Shown: positions 40,058 through 51,925 of the stretch, piece after piece | How the letters are laid out: each line of letters begins with the position of its first letter | Numbering within the stretch: the stretch's first letter is position 1 | NCBI RefSeq assembly: GCF_009914755.1 | Contig: NC_060947.1 | From: the human T2T-CHM13v2.0 reference genome, Homo sapiens | DNA length: 64,000 bases | Strand: one strand, 5' to 3' | Made by a program: the position numbers and the translations under genes | Notes under the pieces: model-generated | Databases searched by the model: none | Seen by the model: the letters and a program-made list of their open reading frames with translations, nothing else | What the model was told of the DNA's origin: nothing

Positions 40058-41200
40058 GGATGGTGGTACCATGTGTTTGCAGCTGGTGTCATGATTGTTT
40101 CCTGGGACTTTCAGCCCAGCAGATGGCTGTGGGGTCTGCTCGTCTGCTCAGCTTGTGTTACCCCAGCCCAGTGCATTTCTCTCAAGCATCTGTACCAGCT
40201 TTAGGCCTGACCAGCCAGGCTTGTCCCAGGTCTTCTGCACCCAGATCTCTAGGCTGTTCCAAATGATCAGGGCCATGGCACTCCCTGGGAATCCAGCTGC
40301 AACTGGCTAACAGGCCACACCCTTCTGGAACAGACCTGTCTTGTGGAGGAATGGACACACAGCTCCCACACCCATACACAAACCTGTGCTACAGTCTTCT
40401 CAGTGTTCTGAGTGTGGGGACTCTTCTCCTCCTTGAGCTCAGACTGCAGATCTAGCTCAATATCCCCGGGCAATGTGTTTGAATTCTGACAAGTTTGGAT
40501 TGCACCCACTGATTTGTCTTCTGGCCCCTCAGGGTTAGCACTGGCTAGGCTGGGTGGGCCAAATTGCTCCTAGGTAGCCAGGAAAATAGGCTAGGCAGTA
40601 GAGACACAGTTCTGCAGGAACGGCCAAACACGAGGTCTAGGAAGTGGCCTGCAAAGGGGCACGTGGATTTGATGCTGCTGTCCCACGGGAAAGGCAGTCT
40701 TGCTCTCTCCCAACTCAGCAGACAGCAGGAGCTGCAGTCACTCAGAGCATGATGGAGAGCCTTGAGGGATGGATGCCTGTCGTGTTTTGCTGCAGCTGTA
40801 CCACATGTCATGAAACCTTCTGGGTTTTGTGCAGGTTTGAGCTCTGCCTCTGCCTAATCTCTGCAAAGTTTCCCCTGCCAATTCAAATATCTATGGGGGT
40901 TGTGAGATCTCTTGTATCTAGGATCCCAGAGGTCTACAGCAGGAGTGTGGTGCTCAGGCGTTTCTTCACTCACCCCTTCCTTAGGACTTGTTCAGTACCA
41001 AAAGCCAGTCCCGGGACTTGGCAACTCCTTGCAGGCTTCCCGTCTTCTTCCCTCTTCAACCAGGTTGTCTGTGTTGTCTCTCTATTGACTAGCAGTGTTT
41101 TGTCTCAAAAGATCTGTTCTAAGTGTGATAGTTTACTTGAAATTGTGGTTCCTCTTCATGGGAGAGGCATTTCCCAGCTGTGACTAGTTGGCCATTTTAG
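40058..41200 (-). mobile_element. L1 5'UTR (L1PA15-16-like)
   Basis: GC-richer block ending ggagaggcatttcccagctgtgactagttggccattttag, the reverse complement of a CAAGATGGC..ACTAG L1 5' terminus. Confidence 0.72.
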
Positions 41201-41362
41201 TGTCCCCAAACTGGCTTTTTAACAATAGCCATTCTGACTGGTGTAAGATGGTATCTCATTATTCAAGGCAGTCTTTTACAAGTCTAGTTAACCAATAGAA
41301 GTTAATTAAATGTGACTGGGTGTCATTTGCTATTGTTAGACCACCTTGTTCATGATGCAAAT

Positions 41363-42148
41363 TGTTTTATTCACCTCATCTTCACCTCAATGGCAAGAGA
41401 AGGATTTCTGCCTCAGGTTATGAGGATGGCTTAACACATGACTCTGACACTCAACAGCAATTTTTTAGTCACATATACATTCATGCACTGCATAATGATA
41501 GTTTGGACAACAACAGACTGTGTCATCTCATAATAATACCGTATTTTAAGTCTACCTTTTCTGTTTAGATATGTTTACATACAGAATGTCATATTGTTCC
41601 AGTTGCCAAAAATATTCATTACAGTAACATGCTGTTCAGGCTTTTTGTGTGGTAGGCTATAATATCTAGATTAGTGTAAGTGCACTCTATTATGGTTGCA
41701 CATCAACAAAATAACCTAACAACGCATTTCTCAGAACATATCCACATCTTTAAGAAATGCATGACTGTATTCACAGCCCAGGGGAAGGGGCAATGTGCCA
41801 TGGAGGGACACACAGGTGTTGTGCTCAAGAACAGAGTGAACAGTCAGGGGCTGTAGGAGGCCAGCTTTGTAGCATAAAGAGGATGGGATAATCTCTGGTT
41901 CCCACAGGGGAATATTATTGGCTTGTTTGAATAGTTTTTCTAGCTGACAGGCAATTGAAACTTGTTACTCGGGGATAAATAGGCACTTTGGCCCATATGA
42001 TAGGAAGTGTTATTTGACTAGGGGTCTTTATCTGCAGGAGCATAATGGGAAGCAGAACTTGTAGTTAGGCCATTGAAGTTCCTCTCAGTTTTCCCCAGAT
42101 GTCAAGGCACATATTATAGTAAACCTGAATTTTAGGTCTTATACCATG
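41363..42148 (-). mobile_element. ERVL-class solo LTR (MER74/MER54/LTR53 group) split by Tigger3a
   Basis: Reverse-complement homolog of 29771-30293 (cagatgtcaaggca...aattttaggtcttatacca). Confidence 0.65.
41478..41767 (+). mobile_element. Tigger3a non-autonomous DNA transposon
   Basis: TA TSDs; TIRs ca(t)tcatgca / tgcatgactg; internal gcatttctcagaacatatcc. Confidence 0.88.
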
Positions 42149-42354
42149 GTCAAAAAGACATCTTGATATTTGAGATATTGTATGGAATTTTTATCCTAAT
42201 CATAATGGAATTTTTATTTCTCATTTTCCTCCCATGTAATTATGGCTAGCTCTTCACAGGATAATTCCAGGCAAAAGCATCTACTGTCAGGTCCTCTTAT
42301 ATAAGTTTCACCTCCACTGGTGATCCCAAATTTCCATATAGCAGGAATTTATAG

Positions 42355-42800
42355 TGTGAATCCCAAATATCTGAGACAGGTCTCAGTCCATTTAAAAAGT
42401 TTATTTTGCCTGAGTTAAGGATGTGTCCCTGACACAGCCTCAGGAGGTCCTGATGACATGTGCCCAAGGAGGTCGGGACACAGCTTGGTTTTATACATGT
42501 TAGGGAGAAATAAGACATCGACCAGTACATGTAAGATGCACATTGGTTCAGTCTGGAAAGGCAGGACAACTTGGAGCAGTGAGGGGGCTTCCAGGTCATA
42601 GGTAGATAAGAGATGAAAGGGTGCATTCTTTTGAGTTTCTGATTAGCCTTTCCAAAGGAAGCAATCAGATATGTATTTATCTCAGTGAGTAGAGGGAAAA
42701 CTTTGACTAGAATAGGAGGTAGGTTTGCCCTAAGCAGTCCTCAGCTTGACTTTTCCCTTTAGCGATTTGAGGGGATCCCAAGATTCATTTTCCTTTCATG
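42355..42800 (-). mobile_element. MER4A1 LTR (3' LTR of the provirus)
   Basis: tgtgaatcccaaatatctgagacaggtctcag...gacacagcctcaggaggtcctgatgacatgtgcccaagg...ccaagattcattttcctttca. Confidence 0.9.
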
Positions 42801-43562
42801 CATTTCCTCTTTTTTAAAAAAAATCATTTGGAGAAAGCATTTTAGAAGAAAATGAGTCTCTGGTCTCAGGTTTCATCTGATCTCTTATGGCTAAGATGGT
42901 TTATTTCTAGACTAGTAGGTCTCACATATTAGGAAAGCCCATTTGTAGCAGGTTGTGAAGTCTCACATCCTATGAAGAGAAAATAGGGGGAGGAAGGGAG
43001 AAAAACAACATCAAACCAAGAAAGAACAATCCTGGAAAATCCAAATAGGCCACATTACTCTGAAATCTACATATCAGCAGGCAAGTGGTAGTGATGGAGG
43101 GTGTCCAGGTTCTTAGCATCTTAAACAAAGAATTGGACAAAACACACAAACAAAACAAGGAAAGAATGAAGCAACAAACGCAGAGATTTATTGAAAATGA
43201 AAGTACACTCCACAGTGTTGGAGTGGGCCCAAGCCTAGGGGCTCAAGGGCCCAATTATGGAATTTGGCAGGGTTTAAATAACCACTAGAGGATTCTATTG
43301 GTTACTTGGTGAACACCCTATATAAACAAAAAGGGAGAAGTAAAGTTACAAAATTATTTACTCAGCATACACCCTATGAAGAGGATATTTTCTGTCATAG
43401 ATGAAGTGTAAATTAGCCTTATGTTCCCTGCCTCCAGACCCTATTTTCTTGCTTTATTCCCCCAGTGAGAGATGTGATCCCCATAAATCTTTATGGGAGA
43501 CAGAGGAACCTATGGTCTTTCTTCTGTACCTGCTTCATCCTGGCTTGGGGCGTAGTCCCTAC

Positions 43563-43997
43563 TGTCACACATGTCCCTGTGAAGAGACCACGAAACAGGC
43601 TTTGGGTGAGCAATAAAGCTTTTTAATCACCTCGGTGCAGGTGGGATGAGTATGAAAAGAGTGTCAGTAAAGGGAGATAGGGTTGCGGCCATTTTATAGG
43701 CTTTGGGTGGGTAGTGGAAAATTACAGTCAAAGGGGGTTTTTCTCCTGCAGGCAGGGGTGGGGGTCACAGGGTGCACAGTGGGGGAGCTTCTGAGCCAGG
43801 ATACGGAATTTCACAAGGTTAGTTGCTCAGTTAAGGTGGGGCAGGAACAAATCACAATGGTGAAATGTCACCAAGTTAAGGCGGGAACCAGCCATTTTCA
43901 CTTCTTTTGTGATTCTTCACTTGCTTCAGGCCATCTGGATGTATTTGTGCAGGTCACAAGGGATATGATGACTTAGCGTGGGCTCAGAGGCCTGACA
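43563..43997 (-). mobile_element. HERV-H solo LTR (LTR7B-like)
   Basis: gtgaagagaccacgaaacaggctttgggtgagcaataaagc...ttcaggccatctggatgta...gggctcagaggcctgaca; TSD cctac/catac. Confidence 0.93.
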
Positions 43998-44589
43998 CAT
44001 ACCTATTAGAGATCATGGAACTCTTGCCCTGCTCTTTCTAGTGAAGGCAGGGTAGCTTCTGGATGCCCAGGGGTGGTGTTTTCACTTGGAACTGGCTGGA
44101 ACCTTTGTTGCATAATTATCTGAAGCTTGGTGATTTCTAGGTGAGAGGAAATGAATTTGGTTAAAAGATTTAATGGGAACATCAGGGGTTGGATACCTAT
44201 GCTCTCAGGAATGTTTGTTATAGAAATTTGCAGGAGAGAAAAACAAAACCTTCTCTGTTCTAGAATGTATGTGTTCCTTAAATTCTCAGCACAAGTGACT
44301 CCATTTGTTTTGGTTTGGTCTGTTGGGGCCTAGTGCATGAGCTTAGTCCAAAACAATGGCCTCCCATAATTTTGTTTTTAAAAATTCCCTCTTTTTGGTC
44401 AAGTTCCCACTTAGGTAAGAGTGTGACCAAAAATCAGGCCTTAGCGTCACTCTCAGTTACCATCATTTTGGGTTTCTGGTCTCGGCATGCCATTCATAGG
44501 TTATGGTGTCCTCATGGTTGCACACTTCTTTTAGTTCTTGCCATTCCAGTTGAAGAGAGACAATTTGACATCTTAGAGATGGCTGCATG

Positions 44590-45080
44590 CAAGCATTTAA
44601 ACCTGTGAGAGAATGCAGTGCACCAGGTAAACAATTATTATGACTATTGGGAAGATAATACCAAGACTTCAGAGTATGTTTCTTACACAAGGTTCCCATA
44701 ATCCAAACTCCTAAAATCAATTAGATCAAAGAATGAGCTAGATAAAGAGTCTGTTCATTTGACTACGCAATCTCTTCATTAACCCCCTACCACTGAATCT
44801 CTACAATCTTTATTTGATGTATTTCTTCACAGGCCACAAGAGCCAGCAGTTGCACAGCTACTTCTCTGTTCAGACAATTCTATCATAACTTTCACAAGAG
44901 AATTTAAAGTCTGTTGTGTAACTGTAGCCTTTACAGTAGAATCTGCTATAGAGCCTATCATGGGGGATACATTTCTAATCACAACTTCTTTTACTTCAAA
45001 CCATGGAAAAAGGACCTAACAAATGATGCTCTTGTAGAAGAGCAAAGGCCTCCTGGCAATGTTCTCTTTAACCCATGATG
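44590..45080 (-). pseudogene. env: Decayed gamma-type ERV env TM-subunit remnant
   Basis: Minus-strand translation across frameshifts gives LKR|TLPGG, ASFVRSFF, IRNVSPMIGSIADSTVKATVTQQTLNSLVKVM, EQRSSCATAGSC (partly deleted ISD/CX6CC region) and FGLWEPCVRNIL*SLGIIFPIVIIIVYLVHCILS (membrane anchor). Confidence 0.7.
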
Positions 45081-48000
45081 TGGCTTAATAGGAGTGAATT
45101 AATGTTCTGTTTCTGACTAATTATGAGGCAATGTATATACCAATAAAGTTTCTTATCTACATTGGGCCTTCATATTTTATCTGTCAAAGTATAAGTTTTT
45201 CCATGTATAAAGCTGGCTGCAAACTTCTTTACAAATAAAAGTATACCCCATAAGTGCACATAACGGACCCCTTTCCCACTTCTATTGTTCATAGAGGCAT
45301 AAGCAAGGGAAAATATTCAAAGATAATAGTTTCATAATAGTAGAAGTTTTAATCTGGGAACTTGGAAAAAGCTGTTTACATCAAGGATGCCATTTCTTCT
45401 GGCGAGTAAATTCCCTGGTTAGTTTTACCTTATGTGTTCCAATGGGTATACAGTTCCAGGAGTGTGGAGGTACCCTTCTCAGTTGTGAGATTATGAATCC
45501 AAAGTTCAAGGTCCCGAAGTTTTGTTGGAGTGTGGATGGCAAGGACAGTCTTTTTCTGATGTTCTCCAAAGATCCAAACCATAAAAAACTTCATTTACCT
45601 GGTGAAAATACACTGTAGCATAATAATCTATTGTTATAACATCAGCCCTCTTGCATGGAAAAGCTTTTATACAACCAGAAAACATGCATGGAAAATAACA
45701 ATTGAATGAAATTACTTTATAAAATGTTTAAGTGGCCCACTAGGTGGCCCAATAGGTGACCAAATGTACCTGAAGCTTTAACTATTTTCCCAGGAGTATG
45801 GAGCAAAACATTGATTGTAAACTATTTTAGTAATTTGTAAGCCACCACAACAATGTATTCAGTTTAGATCATTTTTTTTCCATGATGAGGCATGGAATGA
45901 AAACTTTTAATAATGAAAGCTTTAAGGACTCAGGAAGGACAATGTGGCCATCCTGGTTCTCCATGAGTCCATGCTTAATTAACATTTGAGTTATAGCCTC
46001 TTGAATATCAGTTATTTTTCCAAATTAGGTGAATAACTGAAGGGTTATTTGACAAATTGTTTTCTTGGTATTTAATTTTTGTCTAACTTGAATTAGTAGC
46101 TTTATAAAAGGAAATTTAGTTATTACTGTAGCTTACAATAACTAATGTCATAACCATAATTATAATTGATAGCATATAATATAACCTAAAGAAGATTGAA
46201 CATCATTTTGTCAATCCCATGTACCTAAAGATTTCAAATAATCGTGTTTACCTATTTTCTGGATGTTTCAGGGGTGCTCTGCTGATTAATCCAAAAAGCC
46301 AAGCATCAGGAAAGATAATTTTGAAACTAAAGTTTGATTTGGGGAAGGCTGTTAAATATGTTCAGAGTTTACAACACTTGATATTATGAAATAGAATTCC
46401 AGATTACCATAAACTATTTATTTTGCCAAAATGATAACTCAGAAATCTTAAAGAAGGAAAATCCTGTTATAACCCTTTATGGATTTTGCCAAAGAGCAGA
46501 TTAGTGTATTAAGAAAACCTTGTTGTGCTTTTATTTTAATACACAATTTACAGAAAAACCATATAATACCGTTTTTAGTCAATATGTTCACACAAAGAAT
46601 TTATTTTGCAAGATTAATTTTTAGAAACTTTCCACCATTTGTTCAAACTTTTAGCTCTATTTTATCTAACTTAAAGTAATCCTTTAACCCTAGGCAAGAA
46701 CTTACATTTTCATGCCTTTTTATAACCCTTTTAAAAAAAACACACATTCTATGTTTTTACACACCTTGCATGTACTCTTAGTAATGTAAAACCTGGTAAG
46801 TTATGTTAATTACATATAAGGTTTAACTATTTTCAGCATAGCTAAGGGTGTGGCCAACTCCACATGTCCCCAGGTCTTACCTAGTTGTAAAGCAGGCAAG
46901 TTAAACAATTTTCAAAAGCCAAAGAAGCAGCTTATGACCTTAAGGCATTTAGCAAACCTAATATTTGAACATAATTTAAACCACATGTTTACATTTTGAA
47001 GACATTTTCATTTTACCAATAATCTTTAAAACCATCCTTATTTTCCAAAGATTACTCAAGTTACATGAACTAAATAAAAGGCATTGTCCTTTTTACTTCT
47101 CTGACAAAATATTTGATTTAAGTTCTTATTATTATTAAAGCAATTAATTGAAGCTCTTTGGTATTAATTAAAACTTTACAGAACAGATAAACAGTGACTT
47201 CTACCTTTCATTTAACTAGTTTGCACAGAAAGAAAGAGGTCAGAGTTTGGTAAGAAATTCTTACCCTTTTGCCAGTATGTCAGGTTTCTGGGTTCTCTCT
47301 TCCTGAGCAGCCCTATCTACCCTGCTCGACTGTATGCAAACACATAAGAATATTCACACATAGATCATGAATTTTGGAGAAATTAGGCAAAGAGAGAAAT
47401 ACAACTCAATTTCTATTTATGAATGCATACTTAACACAATTAAAGTATCAAGAAGCCTAAAATCCAAAAAGTTTAAGGTTAAAAGGCTAGTGTGCTCCAT
47501 CAATTCCTGTGGGCCTAATAAAGGTAACTTAGGAATTCCAGATAAATTGAACAAATAATGACTTGCTAGAAATGCATAGGAAGCAAAATAACTGTTCACA
47601 GAACCAAATAAGAGCCTTGACTATTTTTTTTAAGTTGCCAAATTGCTGATGTATTTCATTAAATACTTCTTATTTTACTTTAATTAAAACTAGGAGCTTA
47701 AACTAAGAAAATGTTAATTAGTGAAATGTCTCCAATTCTCTATCAGGTTTTAAAGAATATTTTATTATCTAAAGTTTTCCACATCTTTCTCCCCTACTTA
47801 ATGTTTTTTTTACTACATTGTTTTATAAATAACATCATTAAATCTGTAATTTAAACTAACTTTCTGATAACTTCTGAATTAGACAAAATTATTATCTTTC
47901 TCACTAATAACATAACCCTTTCTGGCACATTTTATATTCAGAATTACACGTTATCTAGAATTCTTATCTTAGTAACCTAAAATGTTAGTGAAACCCTAAA

Positions 48001-48216
48001 AAACTAGAAATCCTGAACTATCAGATATTGGCATTTATAAATAAGAACAATCCCACAATTTTTGAAACCTATTTTCCCACACTACAACCTCTTTTTAATT
48101 GGAAATGACCCAGATATTCAATGAGCATTAAAAATAACTTTAAGATTTTAATTTACACAAAAGTTTACCTAAACCATTTATTATATTTACTGTACTTATT
48201 TTTTTACTTTTAACAA

Positions 48217-48524
48217 GGGAGGCATGAGACATTATTTAACATACCTAAAATAAACATTGGTTTGGTCTGGAAAGGTGGGACAACTCAAGTGTGAGGGGTG
48301 GCTTGGGGGTTTCCAGGTCACAGGTAGGTGGGAGACAAATGGTTACATTCTTTTGAGCCTCTGATTAGCCTTTCCAAAGGAAGCAATCAGATATGCATTT
48401 ATCTCACTGAGCAGGGGGATAACTTTGAATAGAATGGGAGGCAGGTTTGCCTTAAGCATTCCCAGCTTTAATTTTCCCTTCAGTTTAGTGATTTTGCGGG
48501 CAGCCCAATATATTTTCCTTTCAT
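48217..48524 (-). mobile_element. Partial MER4A1 LTR (U3 portion) embedded in MER51-int
   Basis: Collinear with 42502-42798 (ctgattagcctttccaaaggaagcaatcagatatg). Confidence 0.85.
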
Positions 48525-48724
48525 AATTGCTTTCATTTGTCAAAAGAAAGCATGCAAACCAAGATCATTTTGTTTTGGCTGTGATTATAATTTCATAACC
48601 TTCTATGGCAAACACTGACATCTCAAAATATATATCAAAGACAAACATAAAATCCAGACAAAAATGTATGCTGACAATTCTGAAGGCATTTCTATTTTTA
48701 TTCTACTAATAATTTTAAAGCTAG

Positions 48725-49437
48725 TGTAACGCCAAAGGTGCTTGCCTTAGCCACACCAAAGATTTGGTGGGGCGGCAGCCCGTGGTGAGAGAGACACACG
48801 GATCGGACCCAGAGAAAAAAAGCTGTAGGCTTTATTGAACAGAGTGACAGTACAAAGCTTCCACAGTGTGGAAGGGGTCCCGAGAGGGTAGCCAATGTTA
48901 GATTTTTTATCACCTTTTAAACTCTTTAAGGTGGGAAATACACGTGGTGGGAAGATGTTACCAGACTGAGAAACAAAGGCAATTAACATGTCTCAGATCT
49001 TGAGGAAAACTGGAATTGTAACTTAAGGTTTATCTACTTTATAACCCTGCAGCGGCATGGCAAAGGAGACAGGATTTCACAGGATTTCACAGGATTTTAC
49101 AGATTGTGTTTACAATGAATTGGAATTGGGAGCATAGATAAGGTCTGCTGGTCACAGAAAAAATGGGCTTTTAACATTCCTTTCAGTTTCGGGCGGGGGG
49201 CGGGAAGGGAGAGAGGGAGAGAGGACACAGGGAAGCTTACAACAAAATTTTCGCTGTTTACAGCTTTCTTGGGGAAGAAAACACATGCACAAATTCTGAT
49301 GTTAGGAATAGTTTAAGCATATATCTTTAATATTATTCATCCAGGACCAAAGTAAGTCCTGATGCAGGAAATGAGTGAGTTTCACAGCTTTCTGAGCCCC
49401 TACTGGACCCACGATGCCCAGCTGACACCTCCTCTTG
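48725..49437 (-). mobile_element. LTR30 (HERV30, HERV9/W group) solo LTR
   Basis: aagtaagtcctgatgcaggaaatgagtgagtttcacagctttctgagcccctac...cccagctgacacctcctct; 4-bp TSD CTAG. Confidence 0.85.
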
Positions 49438-50204
49438 CTAGCTTGTTCAGTAAAGTTATACTTAAGTCATGTGAACTTGAAAATTGCTTAGACTTATTTA
49501 CTCAATTTATAAGTGCTATTTTACTTATTTGCCAATTTTAGTAGACACAATATATGACAATAAGTGTACATACAAATAAATACATCCAGACATGTATGCA
49601 AACACATAAATGAAGATCCAATAGCTTGGAAACTTATCCATGAGATAGCAATACAAGCTTGCCAGTTTTACTTTGTTTGCCCCAACAGATAATCCAATGA
49701 AGTCTGTGAACCAAAACTTCAGGTAAAGCAGTTTCCATGGCAGTTTGATTTTTAAAGGCCAAACTTCCTCAGACTCCAAAGAGCACTGGGGCCAAACAGC
49801 ACCAAAGGAGAGAATCATCTGAAACAAGTGTGAGTTTGCTTTGAGCTAAGCCACATGTAGGGACCAGGGACCACAACTGGAAAAGATAAAATAGAGTTCT
49901 TCTCCCTTCCTGGCAGGGCAGTTATCCCCATTCACTCCTCCGAGGCCTTCAGATAATACTGGAGAGTAACCCCAAGCCGGTTGCCCTCAATTCAGAAGAG
50001 GCTGATAGAAAGGAGCTGCGAAAGGACTGAAAAATGAAGAAAGAAAAAAAAGGGAAAAAGATCCTGTTCCCTTAAGCAAATCAAGCAGCGGTTGTTAGGT
50101 GCCTCAGCATGGAAACTCCTTAGCTTCACTGGCCATAGCCAGAAACCTGCAGTTGCCTCCATCTTTAGGCACTGCCCACCAAGGGTACTTAGTTGGAAAG
50201 GAAG

Positions 50205-50250
50205 AGAGTGAGAGAGAGAGAGAGAGAGAAAGAGGAGAGAGAGAGAGAGA
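50205..50250. repeat. (GA)n microsatellite in the ERV leader
   Basis: Direct reading. Confidence 0.9.
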
Positions 50251-51036
50251 TTAATTCCCTTGTATGGAGCAGAAAGGAAAAGGAGAAAAATAAATCCAAA
50301 ACATAAGGCTTACTTCCTCCAGAAACTATTTTCCTGCCTCACAAGTATAGAAGTGGCTTTTGTATGTAAAAAGGTTGATGTTATTTTCTTCTGAAGTTTA
50401 AGTTGTCTGGCTTCAGTTCACAGAGCTTTAAGAAAACACAGCTTAGTTTTCAGTGATTTCAAATGAGAAAAAATGAGGAAAAAATAAAAATAAAGAAAGA
50501 AAAAAAACTGAAAACATTATTTTGGAGACTTGTAGCCAGGAACAAATTTAGAATTCAGTCTAAACTGTAGAAAATAATAAACATTCAAAAACATTAGGCA
50601 AAAGGAGAATCTAACAGCAGGTGCATTATAGTTTATTTTGAAATGTAATTTCTCTCTCTCCAGTTCCGTTTTCACTAAAATCAAATTATAGGACAAATTC
50701 ATTTGCAAAATGAGTTTTAGTCTTATTATACTTGGCCAGAGTATTTTCATGAAGTCAGCAAGAATAATTATTTGCTACATATGTCCCTCCTTTTTTCTTT
50801 AAACTGGCTTTACTAGAACTTCATTTCATAAGGAATCTCAGGTTCAACTTTAATACCTTAAGCTTAGCCTGTGCCTGCAAAAACCCATATTAATTGGGTA
50901 AATTCCTCACCTTGAGGGCCCAAGAAAACTTGGGGCTCCTGGGCCTGTCAGAAAGTAACATTCTTTACTTACCACAGGTCAGGAACGTATATGGGGACTG
51001 TGTAGACAATGTATGAGGTCAGCTTTCCCAAGGTGC

Positions 51037-51344
51037 TTTTTTTTTTTTTTTTTTTTTTTTTGAGACAGTGTCTCACTTTGTCACTCAGGCTGAAGTGGCG
51101 TGTTGTGATCTTGGCTCACCACAGCCTCCATCTTACAGGCATGGGTGATCCTCCCACCTTAGCCCCCTGAGTACCTGGGACTGCAGGCATGCACCAGTAT
51201 ACCTGGCTAATTTTTTGTATTTATGGTGGAGACAGGATTTCGCCATGTTGGCCAGTCTGGTCTTGAACGCATGAGCTCAAGCAATCTATCCACCTCTGCC
51301 TCCCAAAATGCTGGGATTACAGGCATGAGCCACCATGCCCAGCC
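51037..51344 (-). mobile_element. AluJ (Jb-like)
   Basis: J-type gatcctcccacct and gagctcaagcaatc; T25 tail; partial TSD ccaagg...tttt. Confidence 0.88.
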
Positions 51345-51925
51345 CCAAGGAAATTTTATTGGCTCTAAAAGTCAACTTTGATTCCTTAAAGAAGTCTGTA
51401 TCTGATAGCATTCTATGCCAGTCAAAACCTTAGTAAAATAACCAGTGTCTCCAATTGTGTCCTGTTACAAAGCAAAACAGATTCTTATTGTAGTTATGCA
51501 AATAATGATGTTTCTGTAAATTGAGAATACTCACAACTACTTTCCAGATTTTGAAAAAAATAAGTAGAGGGAATTATGCCCCAGAATTTATTTGTAGGAG
51601 TACACTTTTCTCAATCGTTAAAAGCCATAAATAGCTCAAAAGAAAAGTTTCATTGGCTCTGAAAAGCAAAGAAATGGTCAGCAACATTTTAAGCAAAATG
51701 TCATAAAATGATTATTTCAGTCTTCTATTAGTTCAGACCATGAACTAGCTCCTGTTCTGCTTGATATTCATGAACATTTCAGCTCTCCATGGGAGTCTTA
51801 AAAGTTTTTTTCTATTCCAGGAGATTTCACAATCTCCAAAACCTACATTCTGGAACACCAGTCAGAGTCCTAGGCTGAATATAAAACCACATTTTTAAAA
51901 AGGATGAAAGTAAAACAACTGTGGT

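Larger units (their letters stand above)
43086..50341 (-). mobile_element. MER51B-type provirus nested in MER4-int: 3' LTR 43086-43456, internal region, 5' LTR reduced to a 26-bp stub at 50316-50341
   Basis: LTR ends ttccctgcctccagaccctattttcttgcttta, matched by the stub cctccagaaactattttcctgcctca. 4-bp TSD CAAG at 43082-43085 and 50342-50345. Confidence 0.82.

Noticed and set aside
40644-41183. 179-aa ORF antisense in an L1 5'UTR (possible ORF0 analogue)
   Set aside because: Starts at GTG, shows no similarity to ORF0 that I can see, and is expected by chance in a GC-richer UTR.
42355-48524. Two MER4A1 LTR sequences as the ends of one 6-kb provirus
   Set aside because: The second is partial, has no TSD, and lies inside the TSD-bounded MER51 element.
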